Virus record (IMG/VR): IMGVR_UViG_3300034069_000622
Span: 1 to 43,270 of that record
From: a virus
Length of the DNA: 43,270 nt
Reading direction: 5' to 3' (one strand)
Within the stretch, counting starts at the first letter, position 1. Each line of letters begins with the position of its first letter. The translations under genes and the position numbers were made by a program. Under the pieces are notes generated by a model. It was not told the DNA's origin and did not search any database. It worked only from the letters and a program-made list of their open reading frames with translations. This document shows positions 17,368 to 26,467 of this stretch, one piece after another.

Positions 17368-20013
17368 TTACATGCCCACCGGTGCGAGACCCGCGGGCGC
17401 GATGCCTAAGATCGCGGCCGGCAACGGATCGACCTGGCGAACGAGTACGCGGCCGTGGGAGTTCCATTGTCCGCTAATGTTTTGCGAGATCACCCGGGTC
17501 AAAAGCTGGTTCGGCTGACTGAAGCCTTCCGAGTAACGCACCTTGGGCTCAAAGAACGACGTCACCGTGGTGTCGAGACCCTGGAGCGCGTTCAAGGTCA
17601 CGCCCTCCGGCGGCACCGCACCGACGAATAGCCCGCGCGTCGACTCGACCCACATGTTCACCTGAGTGATCGCCTTCTGCTTGTCGAGGATCGACTGCCC
17701 TTGCGCCGTGTCGATGTTGAGCGTCTCGATGTCGGCCGTGATCGGCAGGCCCACGTGAATCACCCCGTACGCCTGCGGCAGCGTGATCTGCCCGCCCACC
17801 ACCGTCAGCGCCGGGTAGTTCTGATTGTTCGGGCTCGACACCACGAACCCGTCACCAATCACCGACACCTGCTGGCCCTCGAGGTAGCCGAGGCCCGTCA
17901 CCACCGTCTGCGCAATGGTGCCATTTTGGATCTGAATATTCCGCATGGTGGTCGGAACGAGCCTCGACGCCATCGCTGTCACCTGCGTGCTCGAGACGAA
18001 GGTCAAGTTCGTGAAGCGGACGAAGGTGCCGTCCGGCCCGGTCAGGTGAATGGCGCCAGGAAGGGTCGTCGGCGTGAAGGTGTATCCGGTCGCCGTGATC
18101 GTGATCGGCTCGCCCGGCCCCCACGTCACCCCGCCCGAGAGCTGGAACGCCGTCGTCAGCGCGTTGATCGTGCCGTCGTAAGTGAGCGAGCTGTCCAAAA
18201 ATATGGACTTCGTGATCGGCTGCACGATCCGGTTGTGCAGGCGTTCGATGTAGCGGGTCGTCACCCCGTTGATCACGCGCCTGATCACGAAGTAGATCCG
18301 GTCGTCCGATTGGCAGACGTCCTCGACGAAGCCATTTTGAAAGTCGTGGCGGTGCCAGGCGACCAGGTTCTGCTCGGGCACGAAGGTCAGCCCCAGCACG
18401 ATCCCGTCCTCCCTCGCCATCCAAATGATCGGGTGCGGGATCTTCTGGTAGTCCCACGCCAGCACCTGGTGCTGATCGACGAGGTGAGACGAGAAGACCG
18501 TGAGATCGTCCCCGCGGTACCCCTCGACCTGGAACTCGTACCCGAACGTCCGGATCATCGAGCCTTTGAGCTGGCGGTAGATCGCGACGTTTCCAATTTG
18601 CAAAGGCGCGAGATCGCCCGAACCGTTCTGGCTCACGCAGGTCGGGTTGATGTCCTTTGGCGTGATCCCTGAATCGCCGCCCGCGATCACCCACTCGCCC
18701 TGCTCGGTGAAAACGAGGAGTTTCCCAAGGTCCAGGAAATGCCTGACCCGCTGCGGGTTCTTGTGCGCAAGCCTAAAGCTGATCGCGTCGTCGTCCGACA
18801 CCGGGCGATTGATCGCGAAAAAGGTCGGGCTCCCGATCCGCGAGCCGATGATCCGGTCCGCGGCGGGCGCCGTCGGCGGCAGGATCGTCGGCGGGTACTC
18901 GAGCACGGGTCCGATGTTTCCGTACCAGCGCCGCTGCTGAAAGGTGCCGACCGCGGCCGGGAGCGCCGACGAGCTCGGCGTCGTCCCCGGCGCCGTGAAG
19001 AACCCGCGCGCGATCGGCGGCGGATCGGTGTAGTCGATGAAGAGTGACCCGTTGTCCAAGAACATGTTCGTGTAAACGACCGTCCGAAACCCGAGCGTCT
19101 GCGAGGTCGAGCCCGCGTAAATGTTGTACTCGACCGCGTTCGGGACGGCCGCCCAGCTGATCGTGATCGGCGTCGACGACGTCGGCGCATTCGCGTTTCC
19201 GACCGTCGAGACGAAGCTCTCCTCGAGCGTGTCGGCGTCGATCGCGGTCACGCCCCAGAAGAAGCTCGCGCCCGCCGTCGCCGGGTTCACCGTGATCGTG
19301 CCCGGGGTCGTGGTCTTTGGCACCATCGACACGTTCCCGAACGACCACGCCTGGCGCCCGAGGTAGGTCAGCGTCTGCGGATAGACCGACTGCTGAACGA
19401 TCGTCAGAACGTTCTGATCTTGCGTGAACGTCAGCTGTCTTAAAACCGCGCTCGGCCAGGGCGTCTGGTACGTGATCACGCGCTGGGTGACGAGGCTCGC
19501 CTGCCCGCTCGAGAAGATCCCGAAGCTTGACGAATTAAACGACACCGTCGCCTGAAAAGCGGACGGCACCGCGGTCACGGTCGCCGCCTGATTGGTGACG
19601 CTCCCGCCTGATCCAACGAGCGTGAACGTGATGTTGTCGCCGACCACGAAGCCGAACGCCTGCGCTCCGATCAAGGTCGTCGTCGTCGTTCCGTTCGCGA
19701 TGTAGCCCGTGAGCGAAACCGCCTGGCTTAAGATCGGCTGACCCTGGTCGAGGATCCGTAAGTAGTTGTTCCCGAACTCGAGCAGGTACTCGTACCCGTT
19801 TTGCGTCGTGAACTTTTTCAAGCGCACGGTGTTCGTCGGATCCTGCGCGGTCGCGCAGTATTTGGTGCCCGGTCTATTGTAGGCACCGCCCGTCCGGCCG
19901 ACGAAGAAGTTTCGCATCGTGCGGACGCCCGTGCCGTACTTGGCCAAGTCTACGCGGCCGTACAGCGCCGGCGCGATCTCGCCGCCCGAAAAAGCCCGCT
20001 CGTAAAAGTTCAT
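17368..20013 (-). CDS. Tail tubular protein B / nozzle (T7 gp12-like)
   Basis: Starts MNFYERAFSGGEIAPALYGRVDLAKYGTGVRTMRNFFVGRTGGAYNRPGTKY, the N-terminal pattern typical of podovirus tail tubular protein B. It is 881 aa and follows the gp11-like gene. The internal ATG at 20013 is preferred over the track start at 20082, which would overlap the upstream gene. Confidence 0.75.
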   Translation of the reverse strand: MNFYERAFSGGEIAPALYGRVDLAKYGTGVRTMRNFFVGRTGGAYNRPGTKYCATAQDPTNTVRLKKFTTQNGYEYLLEFGNNYLRILDQGQPILSQAVSLTGYIANGTTTTTLIGAQAFGFVVGDNITFTLVGSGGSVTNQAATVTAVPSAFQATVSFNSSSFGIFSSGQASLVTQRVITYQTPWPSAVLRQLTFTQDQNVLTIVQQSVYPQTLTYLGRQAWSFGNVSMVPKTTTPGTITVNPATAGASFFWGVTAIDADTLEESFVSTVGNANAPTSSTPITISWAAVPNAVEYNIYAGSTSQTLGFRTVVYTNMFLDNGSLFIDYTDPPPIARGFFTAPGTTPSSSALPAAVGTFQQRRWYGNIGPVLEYPPTILPPTAPAADRIIGSRIGSPTFFAINRPVSDDDAISFRLAHKNPQRVRHFLDLGKLLVFTEQGEWVIAGGDSGITPKDINPTCVSQNGSGDLAPLQIGNVAIYRQLKGSMIRTFGYEFQVEGYRGDDLTVFSSHLVDQHQVLAWDYQKIPHPIIWMAREDGIVLGLTFVPEQNLVAWHRHDFQNGFVEDVCQSDDRIYFVIRRVINGVTTRYIERLHNRIVQPITKSIFLDSSLTYDGTINALTTAFQLSGGVTWGPGEPITITATGYTFTPTTLPGAIHLTGPDGTFVRFTNLTFVSSTQVTAMASRLVPTTMRNIQIQNGTIAQTVVTGLGYLEGQQVSVIGDGFVVSSPNNQNYPALTVVGGQITLPQAYGVIHVGLPITADIETLNIDTAQGQSILDKQKAITQVNMWVESTRGLFVGAVPPEGVTLNALQGLDTTVTSFFEPKVRYSEGFSQPNQLLTRVISQNISGQWNSHGRVLVRQVDPLPAAILGIAPAGLAPVGM

Positions 20014-20020
20014 CGCCCGC

Positions 20021-20674
20021 TCACCACGACGTGCCGCCGCTCTCGCGAACGAGGATGAACTCGGAATCGAGGGACTCGCCAAACTCCACTTCGTTGAGCG
20101 CGTTCGCGCGCGCGAGGCTCACCGCCTCTAGATACTTCGTCTCCATCTGGGGCCCGAGCTTGAACGGATCACCGCCCGTCACCCGGGCTGCGCAAAGCCA
20201 CGCGAGCTTGAAGCTTAAAGCCATCACGAAGTCGTCGGTGAATAGGCTCGTGCCGACTTGGAATTGCGTGTACTCGATCTGCGCATTCGGCATATCGGTC
20301 AGAATCAGCGGTCCGCTCGCGTCGCTCGAGAGCGTGAACGGAACCCGCGTGTAGAGGTTATCCATCCGCGACCCGCTCGAGATCCGGCGCACGGTCACGC
20401 AGTCGCTCGGCACGCGGTAGGCGTAGAGGTACGCGGGCCTTTGGTTATAGTAGCCTTGATTCGTGGGGTAGGTCGTGACCAACGCCAGGTTCTGGTACGC
20501 GGTCGCAAACGGCCAGGCAAAATCTCTCAACACCGAACCGATGGCGATCGGCAAAAACACGCGCGCGGCGTTCGCCTGCGGTGACTGCTCGCTCGTCACG
20601 TCCTGGATGCTCTGGCCCTGCATGAGGTGACTCATGGCCAGGTTCGCGATGTCGGTCGTCGTGTACTGGTTCAA
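20021..20674 (-). CDS. Tail tubular protein A / adaptor (T7 gp11-like)
   Basis: About 217 aa. The N-terminal segment DIANLAMSHLMQGQSIQDV ... ANAARVFLPIAIGSVLRDFAWPFA parallels T7 gp11 (VNDILASIGEPPVSTL ... [22 protein letters not shown]). The TTG at 20672..20674 is preceded by GGGGAGGG with 4-5 nt spacing. The track start at 20695 is also a TTG. Confidence 0.6.
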   Translation of the reverse strand: MNQYTTTDIANLAMSHLMQGQSIQDVTSEQSPQANAARVFLPIAIGSVLRDFAWPFATAYQNLALVTTYPTNQGYYNQRPAYLYAYRVPSDCVTVRRISSGSRMDNLYTRVPFTLSSDASGPLILTDMPNAQIEYTQFQVGTSLFTDDFVMALSFKLAWLCAARVTGGDPFKLGPQMETKYLEAVSLARANALNEVEFGESLDSEFILVRESGGTSW

Positions 20675-20698
20675 AAGACCCTCCCCACCAAACAAGGG

Positions 20699-20758
20699 CC
20701 GGGAGGTTCACCCCCCCGGCTCTCTTAGGACATTGACCTAATAAGATCTAATATTAGG
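20699..20758 (-). terminator. Two intergenic hairpins (possible attenuating terminator / RNA processing site)
   Basis: On minus-sense RNA: CCGGGGGG-loop-CCUCCCGG (20699..20719, 8 bp with one G.U) followed by CCCUUGUUUGG. There is also an AT-rich hairpin CCTAATA/TATTAGG (20737..20743 and 20752..20758). The GC hairpin pairs better in the minus sense, because the mismatch is A.C in the plus sense. Confidence 0.35.
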
Positions 20759-20773
20759 CCGACGGGCTAACAT

Positions 20774-21127
20774 CTAAATGACGTCTTTGCCCTTCTTCGC
20801 GGCTTTCACTTTATCGGGATCCTGCTCGCCCCCGTGCGCCATCACGACATCGGTCATGGTCTTCCGATTGTCGTCGACGTTCGGGTTCAGCACGCGGTTC
20901 GGGTCTTCCTTGCCGTCCGCCGACTGGTTTGCACCAGGCTTCGGAACCGACTTCGGAACCGAGCCGTCGACCGTCTCCATCCACTCGGATGCAAACTGAT
21001 CGTCGGCCGAAACCTTGCGCTTCTTTCCCTTGTCGTCGGTGTCGTAGTACGGGACGAGATCGAAAACTTCGCCGGGGTGACGGATCTGGTGATCGTAGTA
21101 ACCCTTTGCGATCGCTCTTACTTTCAT
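20774..21127 (-). CDS. Hypothetical virion-module protein (117 aa, Lys/Asp-rich tail)
   Basis: GC3-rich ORF with an ATG start, between the decoration-like gene and the gp11-like gene. Confidence 0.6.
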   Translation of the reverse strand: MKVRAIAKGYYDHQIRHPGEVFDLVPYYDTDDKGKKRKVSADDQFASEWMETVDGSVPKSVPKPGANQSADGKEDPNRVLNPNVDDNRKTMTDVVMAHGGEQDPDKVKAAKKGKDVI

Positions 21128-21140
21128 AAATCAACCTTCC

Positions 21141-21575
21141 TTATTGGATTGGTGAGTTGTCTTTGTAAGTCCGGACGCGGTCGACGAAGTGGATCGGCTC
21201 GATGTACGCGTTGAACGTGATCGAGGGCGAGGTGCCGCCCAGGGTCAGGTTCAGGCGGACGTACCGCTGGATCGTGGTCAAAGCCGGAATGGCGATGAGC
21301 CCCTTCTTGCCCGCGACCAGATCCGTCGACTGCAGGGTGATCGTCGACAGCGTGGTCAAGTTGACCGAGAACGCCGTGTCGTCGGCCGCCTGCAATTGAA
21401 TCTGGTACGTACCGCCCGAAGCCGGCGCCGTCGGAAGATTGAAAAATACGGCCATGCCTTCGCCGTCGGTGATGTTCCGGTTCTGGAACGCGCCGAGGTC
21501 GACGATGTTATTGGACGCGCCCGACGCAGACAGGGTCTGCGCGGAGGCCAGTTGAAGTTGTGCGTCGACTATCAC
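21141..21575 (-). CDS. Putative head decoration / cement protein (Bbp16-like jelly-roll)
   Basis: 144 aa starting MIVDAQLQLASAQTLSASGASNNIVDLGAF ... GTYQIQLQAADDTAFS ... IQRYVRLNLTLGG. From memory, this pattern matches capsid-adjacent auxiliary proteins of BPP-1-like podoviruses. It lies just downstream of the capsid gene, after the inserted endonuclease. Confidence 0.45.
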   Translation of the reverse strand: MIVDAQLQLASAQTLSASGASNNIVDLGAFQNRNITDGEGMAVFFNLPTAPASGGTYQIQLQAADDTAFSVNLTTLSTITLQSTDLVAGKKGLIAIPALTTIQRYVRLNLTLGGTSPSITFNAYIEPIHFVDRVRTYKDNSPIQ

Positions 21576-21625
21576 TGTAAAGTCTCCTGTAAAGTTTGAA
21601 AGTTTAGTTTGGTAACAGATTGGTC

Positions 21626-22072
21626 ATGCCGCCGAAAGGTTACAAGCACCATGGCCTTCACTCCACTCCCGAATGGCAGTCGTGGAAAGCTATGCGATCG
21701 CGTTGCAACAATCCGGGTAATGTTTCGTTTTATAGGTACGGCGGCCGAGGCATTTCGATTTGCAGCCGGTGGGACGATTTTAAAACGTTCCTTGCCGACA
21801 TGGGACCGAGGCCATCGAAGAACCATACCTTGGACCGGATCGACACCGATGGCGACTACACGCCGGCCAATTGCCGCTGGTCCTCGTCGCGCGTTCAATC
21901 GAGAAACCGCACATCCAACCGCCTGCTCACGCATTTGGGTCGTACAATGACAGTCACCGATTGGGAAACCGAATTGGGCTTCCCACGCAACACCCTTTTC
22001 AACAGAACAAAAGCGGGTTGGACGGTCGAGCAAATGCTGACCACTCCCGTTGGCGTTCGTCGAAGAAGGTAA
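21626..22072 (+). CDS. Freestanding homing-endonuclease-like protein (degenerate HNH/AP2-associated family)
   Basis: WQSWKAMRSRCNNPGNVSFYRYGGRGISICSRWDDFKTFLADMGPRPSKNHTLDRIDTDGDYTPANCRWSS is the recurrent phage 'HNH endonuclease' pattern (Y..YGgRGI.vc.rW ... lDRid.dG.Y.p.NcRW). It is the only plus-strand gene inside the minus-strand virion operon and is visibly more AT-rich than its neighbours. ATG 21626 is preferred to the TTG at 21620. Confidence 0.7.
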   Translation: MPPKGYKHHGLHSTPEWQSWKAMRSRCNNPGNVSFYRYGGRGISICSRWDDFKTFLADMGPRPSKNHTLDRIDTDGDYTPANCRWSSSRVQSRNRTSNRLLTHLGRTMTVTDWETELGFPRNTLFNRTKAGWTVEQMLTTPVGVRRRR

Positions 22073-22086
22073 ACGAAAGTCATTCA

Positions 22087-23100
22087 TCAAACTACTCTGG
22101 CCTCAGTCTCTAAGAGCTGATCGACCAGGCGAACGGGCACGCCGCGGAACGCGTACTCCATCATTCCGTCGACGTCGCGGTAGCTCAACTGACCGCCGGT
22201 CAAAACGTCGTTGCGGCGCTGGATGTCCAAGAACTCCATTGCGGTCCGACCCATGTAGAACACCGGGGTACCGAGGCGCAGGTTCTGCACGCGGTGCAAA
22301 GCCTTGATCATCAGCTGCGTGATCATGGCCTGCGAACCCGTGTTCGCGACCAAGTTCGGCACGTCGATGTTGGCGATCCGGACCACGTAGCGCCAGTCCT
22401 TCAGAGCCAGACCGGCCTTCCACTGCCAGCGGTCGCGGTAAACACGCATGCGCGCGCCACCCAGGCCCGCCACGGTCTCGGCGGTCTCTTCGCCCAGATC
22501 TTCGTGCAGGATGCCGGCCTGGCTTCCCTTCGGGAAGATGCCCGCCACGGTCTGCGCGCCCCACACGACGAGCCAGATCGACAGGTTCGTCGAACCGGTG
22601 CCGCCGCCGTCGAGGACGTTCTTCGCGTTCGGAGCGACCGTTTTGTTGACGGTCGAGTAGCGCGGAGCAAAGCCCGTGAAGGTCTCCGGCGCGATCGCCG
22701 AGTTTCCGTAGAAGAGCGTCTGCGCCATCATCTGGTTCATCGACTCGATGAAGGACTGAGCTTCGCTCAAGCGGAACGCCGAGGTGTTGCCGTTCAGCAT
22801 GGCCAAGTCTTTATCGACTTCCGACCAGGCCTCGAGCATGCCGGCCTGTTCGTCCACTTGCGCGGTGGTCGACTTCGACGGCTGGACACCTTGGTTCAAC
22901 AAGCGCCAGGCTACGCTCGGCAGCCCCGTGCGCATCGTGATGCGGTGACCGGTGGGGAGGTTACCCTCCATGAACAGCATGTCTTTCAAGATCTCGTTCG
23001 TCTGCGAGAGCATCTCGACGATGCGCGGGATCTTTCCGTCGGGGTCGGTGCGCTTCGCCCACTCGACTAGGGTCGCGACGGTGTTTCCAATAACGGCCAT
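22087..23100 (-). CDS. Major capsid protein (HK97-fold type, podovirus lineage)
   Basis: 337 aa, directly downstream of the scaffold gene. Strong GAGGAG RBS. The sequence style (NLPTGHRITMRTGLPSVAWRLLNQGV ... IWLVVWG ... VRIANID) is typical of capsid proteins in this position. Confidence 0.8.
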   Translation of the reverse strand: MAVIGNTVATLVEWAKRTDPDGKIPRIVEMLSQTNEILKDMLFMEGNLPTGHRITMRTGLPSVAWRLLNQGVQPSKSTTAQVDEQAGMLEAWSEVDKDLAMLNGNTSAFRLSEAQSFIESMNQMMAQTLFYGNSAIAPETFTGFAPRYSTVNKTVAPNAKNVLDGGGTGSTNLSIWLVVWGAQTVAGIFPKGSQAGILHEDLGEETAETVAGLGGARMRVYRDRWQWKAGLALKDWRYVVRIANIDVPNLVANTGSQAMITQLMIKALHRVQNLRLGTPVFYMGRTAMEFLDIQRRNDVLTGGQLSYRDVDGMMEYAFRGVPVRLVDQLLETEARVV

Positions 23101-23127
23101 GTTTACTCCTCAATAAAAGGTTTTATG

Positions 23128-23796
23128 TTACTTTCTTCTGCTGGTCGTTGCGCCGTAGAGCAGGTCCTCGGTCGCGATCGGCGACGGCGAACTCGTGCCC
23201 GGCATGATGACCTGGTCGTTTGCGGAGCGCGCGGCTAAGTCTAGAACGAACTTCATGAACAAACGGTTGTTGCCGTAGCCCGTGCGGGTCAGTTCTTGCC
23301 TCAGCTCCGGCGCCATGTGCTTGTCTAAAAACCGCTTCGCGGTGTCGACGTTTCGCTCTAGGTTCTGGCCCCCGATCTCGCGATCGTTCTTCGTCTCCTC
23401 GAGCCACATGTCGCTGCGCTCTTTCATGGCGGCCTTCACGTCCTCGTCCTGATTCTTCACCAGATTCGCGGCTTCTTCCTGAGTCAGCTTGTTCGTCTTT
23501 GCGTAAGACTGCAGGCGCTCGAGAGATCGCTTATCCAGGAATGTGTCCTCGGGCAGCTTGAGGTCGTACGTCTCGGGCACGATGCGCTCTTGAGCCGGGG
23601 CTTCGGATTTCGGTGCGTTCGGGTCTGACGGCGTGGCCTTGTCGTCCGGCTGCGCGTTCGGCGCGGGGTTCGCTTCTGTCGGAGTAGCTACGTCCGAAGT
23701 CGGCGGCGCCGCGGGCTTTTGCTCAGTCGGGGTCACGTCTCCAAACGTCGGCGGAGGTGTAGCTTGCGCCGGCGCGTTTTGGATCTCGTCTGCCAT
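23128..23796 (-). CDS. Scaffolding protein
   Basis: The N-terminal third is low-complexity and Pro/Ala/Thr-rich. It is followed by a charged helical region (YDLKLPEDTFLDKRSLERLQSYAKTNKLTQEEAANLV ...). Lies between portal and capsid. The ATG at 23794..23796 has AGGAAGGA 9 nt upstream; the track start at 23802 is a TTG. Confidence 0.65.
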   Translation of the reverse strand: MADEIQNAPAQATPPPTFGDVTPTEQKPAAPPTSDVATPTEANPAPNAQPDDKATPSDPNAPKSEAPAQERIVPETYDLKLPEDTFLDKRSLERLQSYAKTNKLTQEEAANLVKNQDEDVKAAMKERSDMWLEETKNDREIGGQNLERNVDTAKRFLDKHMAPELRQELTRTGYGNNRLFMKFVLDLAARSANDQVIMPGTSSPSPIATEDLLYGATTSRRK

Positions 23797-23798
23797 GA

Positions 23799-24107
23799 TC
23801 AAATATCCTTCCTGTTTTCGGTCATCATATCAAAATAAAATTGCTCGCCGGCCTCTTCGAGCACGAGCTTCATCAGCCAGTGCCCGAAATCTTGCTTGCC
23901 GGCCAGGTAGTGAATCTCGGCCGAGGACCTCCAGATCGAGCGAAAGATGCCCGCCTCGTCGAGGATACGCCAGAACAGCCGGCGGCCCTCCGGCATCGAG
24001 AGCACCTTGATCAGGTCGCGCTGCTGCTCGGTCAGCTTGAGCTCGACCTTTCGCTCGGCGTCTTGCACCTGGCTTCGGTCGGACGCGTTCGTGACGAGCG
24101 GCTTCAT
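23799..24107 (-). CDS. Hypothetical protein (102 aa) between portal and scaffold
   Basis: GC3-rich ORF. ATGA overlap with the upstream gene (24104..24107). Confidence 0.6.
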   Translation of the reverse strand: MKPLVTNASDRSQVQDAERKVELKLTEQQRDLIKVLSMPEGRRLFWRILDEAGIFRSIWRSSAEIHYLAGKQDFGHWLMKLVLEEAGEQFYFDMMTENRKDI

Positions 24108-24298
24108 CGCCGGTTCTTTCGGTAATTGTCGATCGCGTCAGAGAGCGTCGTCGCCCACGCGAGCGCCAGAAACGCCGGCCACGTGAACGTCAAAACGACG
24201 CACGCGAGCCTTGGCTTCTGGCTCACCTGCTTGATGTCCGAGTAGTAGGCCAGGACCGAGCACGCCCCCATGGCCAGGTAAATGAGCGCGTACCTCAC
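24104..24298 (-). CDS. Small membrane protein (2 predicted TM segments)
   Basis: GTG start inside a GTGA overlap with the portal stop. Hydrophobic segments ALIYLAMGACSVLAYY and LACVVLTFTWPAFLALAWA. Confidence 0.55.
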   Translation of the reverse strand: MRYALIYLAMGACSVLAYYSDIKQVSQKPRLACVVLTFTWPAFLALAWATTLSDAIDNYRKNRR

Positions 24299-26130
24299 TG
24301 GATCGCCCCCGCGTTCGTCTGCGCCATCAAAGACGTCAGCGCGTTGTTGCCGTTCAGGTCGGTTTGGCTCAGCGCCTTCGCGCTCTGCGCAGCCTGGGCC
24401 AGCTGCTGCTGGCGCTGCTCCGCGGCCTGGGCTTGAGCTTGCGCATCCTTCATCGCCTGGACCTGTTCGTCGGAGCGGATGATGCCGGCGCGCATGCTCG
24501 TGATGTCGCCGTAGACGTCGACGAGCTCCATCGTGTCGACCTTCATCAGGACCGACTGGTCGAACTGCGCGAGGTTTCCGACGTAGGACGTGAACCGCTC
24601 GACCGCGGTCAGGCCCGCGAGCTTCTGCGCCTGCTGCATGATCGAGATGAACTCGACCCTTAAGGCTTTGCCGGCGAGCTCTTCCGGGATGTCGTCGATC
24701 ATTCCGCGCTCGATCATGAAATTGAAGGTCACGTCGATCAGCGGATCGAGGAGGTCTTGGTTCACCTGTTCGAGAACTGGACCAAGGGCCAGGAGCTTCT
24801 CCTCGTGGCGCTCGTCGATTTCGCGCGCGGTGATCTGGCGGCGGTCCGATTCGGAGAGCATCAGGAATAGGTCCTCGAAGAAGCCGCGGCTGATGCGCTG
24901 CCTGATCTGCTGCTGCTTAGCCTCGAGTTCGTTTATGCGCGGCTCGACCTGGAACGCGGGCCGGAAGCCCTGCTGACCGCTGCGTTCATCAACGTAGGTG
25001 ATCTTTCCGGGTATAATGGAGGCAGCCGCGGACTTGAGCGATGGGGGGCCGACCATGGGGGGTCTGACGAGGAGTTCGATCGCTTGAGCGATCCGCTTCT
25101 CACCGAGCTGCAATTGAAGGATATCGCCAAGCATGTCCATACCCGGGCAGCTCGACGCGTAAACGTCTTCACCGGTCGTCTCCCAACGGGGAGCCAGGAC
25201 CGGAAAGTAGTCATAGCCCGACTCGCGCAGGAAACGATCGTCCTTCAGGTCGTGCGGGCCGTCGGCCTCGCTCCCCATCTCCATATAAGTTGATCTGAAG
25301 CGTTTGAATTTAGCATCGAGTTTACGCTCGTCGAAGAACTCATTGGGCGTGATCGCGTGAATGACGTTGATCATCACCTCGAGCTCGCCCAGCTCGAAGT
25401 GATTGCGCACGCGCGTCGAGAATTTGGACCAGTCGATCTTCTGGCGCAGCGGTTTTCGGTCGAAGGTCGAGTCGAAATCCTGACCCGACTGATCATCGTC
25501 GCCGTCCCGGTCCTGGTCTTTCGGCATCCCGAAGCGTTGGATGAGCTGCCTGACCGACATCTGGAACTCGCGCATGAATACTTCGACCTTGTTCACTTCG
25601 CTCAAGCCCAGGACGTAGGACCCGATCGGCACCGCGTACCCGCGCAAGACCCGGTCGTAGTCTTCCTCGATGATCATGCAGGCGGTGCCGAAGATCCCGA
25701 GGTCGCCGTAAATGATCGGCAGGATGTTGTAGAGGTTCGAGCGCAGGAAGACCGAGTTCATGCGGTCGGTCGTCTTGTCGAGCCACGCCTTGACGGGGCC
25801 GGCCTGGATCTCGTCGTCGCCCGCGAGGGTGAGTCTGAACCAGGGTCTGGCCGGGCTCGTGATGCCGGACATCATGCCGGAGCGAAGCGTGCGCGCGGCG
25901 AGGACCGGCGAGCAGTCGACGATCTTCTGGTTCCGGCGGTCGCCGCGGTTCACGTCCTCGGTGTACCAGCGCCCGCGCCGTGGCGCGAGGTTGTCGGCGA
26001 TCGTCTCCCAATGCGCGAGGTAGCTCGAGCGCGTGAGCTTCAGCTGGTCGAAGAGTCTCAGCAGGCGCTGGCGTCTGGACTCCCCGCCGAACGTGGCAGA
26101 TCTGGCGCCGGCCGATGAACGGGCGGCCAT
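24295..26130 (-). CDS. Portal (head-to-tail connector) protein, T7 gp8-like family
   Basis: 611 aa. N-terminal pattern RLFDQLKLTRSSYLAHWETIADNLAPRRGRWY ... NRGDRRNQKIVDCSPVLAARTLRSGMMSGITSPARPWFRL matches the podovirus head-tail connector family. Lies upstream of scaffold and capsid. Confidence 0.8.
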   Translation of the reverse strand: MAARSSAGARSATFGGESRRQRLLRLFDQLKLTRSSYLAHWETIADNLAPRRGRWYTEDVNRGDRRNQKIVDCSPVLAARTLRSGMMSGITSPARPWFRLTLAGDDEIQAGPVKAWLDKTTDRMNSVFLRSNLYNILPIIYGDLGIFGTACMIIEEDYDRVLRGYAVPIGSYVLGLSEVNKVEVFMREFQMSVRQLIQRFGMPKDQDRDGDDDQSGQDFDSTFDRKPLRQKIDWSKFSTRVRNHFELGELEVMINVIHAITPNEFFDERKLDAKFKRFRSTYMEMGSEADGPHDLKDDRFLRESGYDYFPVLAPRWETTGEDVYASSCPGMDMLGDILQLQLGEKRIAQAIELLVRPPMVGPPSLKSAAASIIPGKITYVDERSGQQGFRPAFQVEPRINELEAKQQQIRQRISRGFFEDLFLMLSESDRRQITAREIDERHEEKLLALGPVLEQVNQDLLDPLIDVTFNFMIERGMIDDIPEELAGKALRVEFISIMQQAQKLAGLTAVERFTSYVGNLAQFDQSVLMKVDTMELVDVYGDITSMRAGIIRSDEQVQAMKDAQAQAQAAEQRQQQLAQAAQSAKALSQTDLNGNNALTSLMAQTNAGAIQ

Positions 26131-26131
26131 T

Positions 26132-26467
26132 TTAAGAACCGATCAGGGAATTGTTCCCCGGGGTCGAGGGTTGGGTGACGGCCGGGCCGGTGGTGGCGCC
26201 GAGGAGGGACGGGGCGGCCGGTTGACCAGACACGCCGACCACGCGGTTTCGTTGCGCGGTGCGGGCGGCGTTGGCCGCGCGCTGGTTCGTGGCCACGCCG
26301 TCGGCTTGATTCTGCGCCGCGATCGCCTTGTCGGCGTCGGAGTTGGCCGCGTTCAAGGCCTGGTTTGAGCGCCGGGTGGACTGGTTCTGCTGCTCGATGG
26401 TGTTGACGAGTGATGCCGCGCCGACCGTTGCGCCGACGACCGCCGCTGTAACTGCTGCCACGTTCAT
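26132..26467 (-). CDS. Small N-terminally anchored Q/N/A-rich protein (111 aa)
   Basis: ATG at 26465..26467 inside an ATGA overlap with the GNAT stop, with AGGAGG upstream. TM-like VAAVTAAVVGATVGAASLV followed by a low-complexity region. The longer 180-aa track ORF is an out-of-frame extension over the GNAT gene. Confidence 0.6.
   Translation of the reverse strand: MNVAAVTAAVVGATVGAASLVNTIEQQNQSTRRSNQALNAANSDADKAIAAQNQADGVATNQRAANAARTAQRNRVVGVSGQPAAPSLLGATTGPAVTQPSTPGNNSLIGS

Noticed and set aside
21572-22090. 172-aa minus-strand ORF covering the capsid-decoration gap.
   Set aside because: It is antisense to the motif-bearing homing-endonuclease gene. Its sequence is featureless and Arg/Pro-rich, and it has no coupling to its neighbours.
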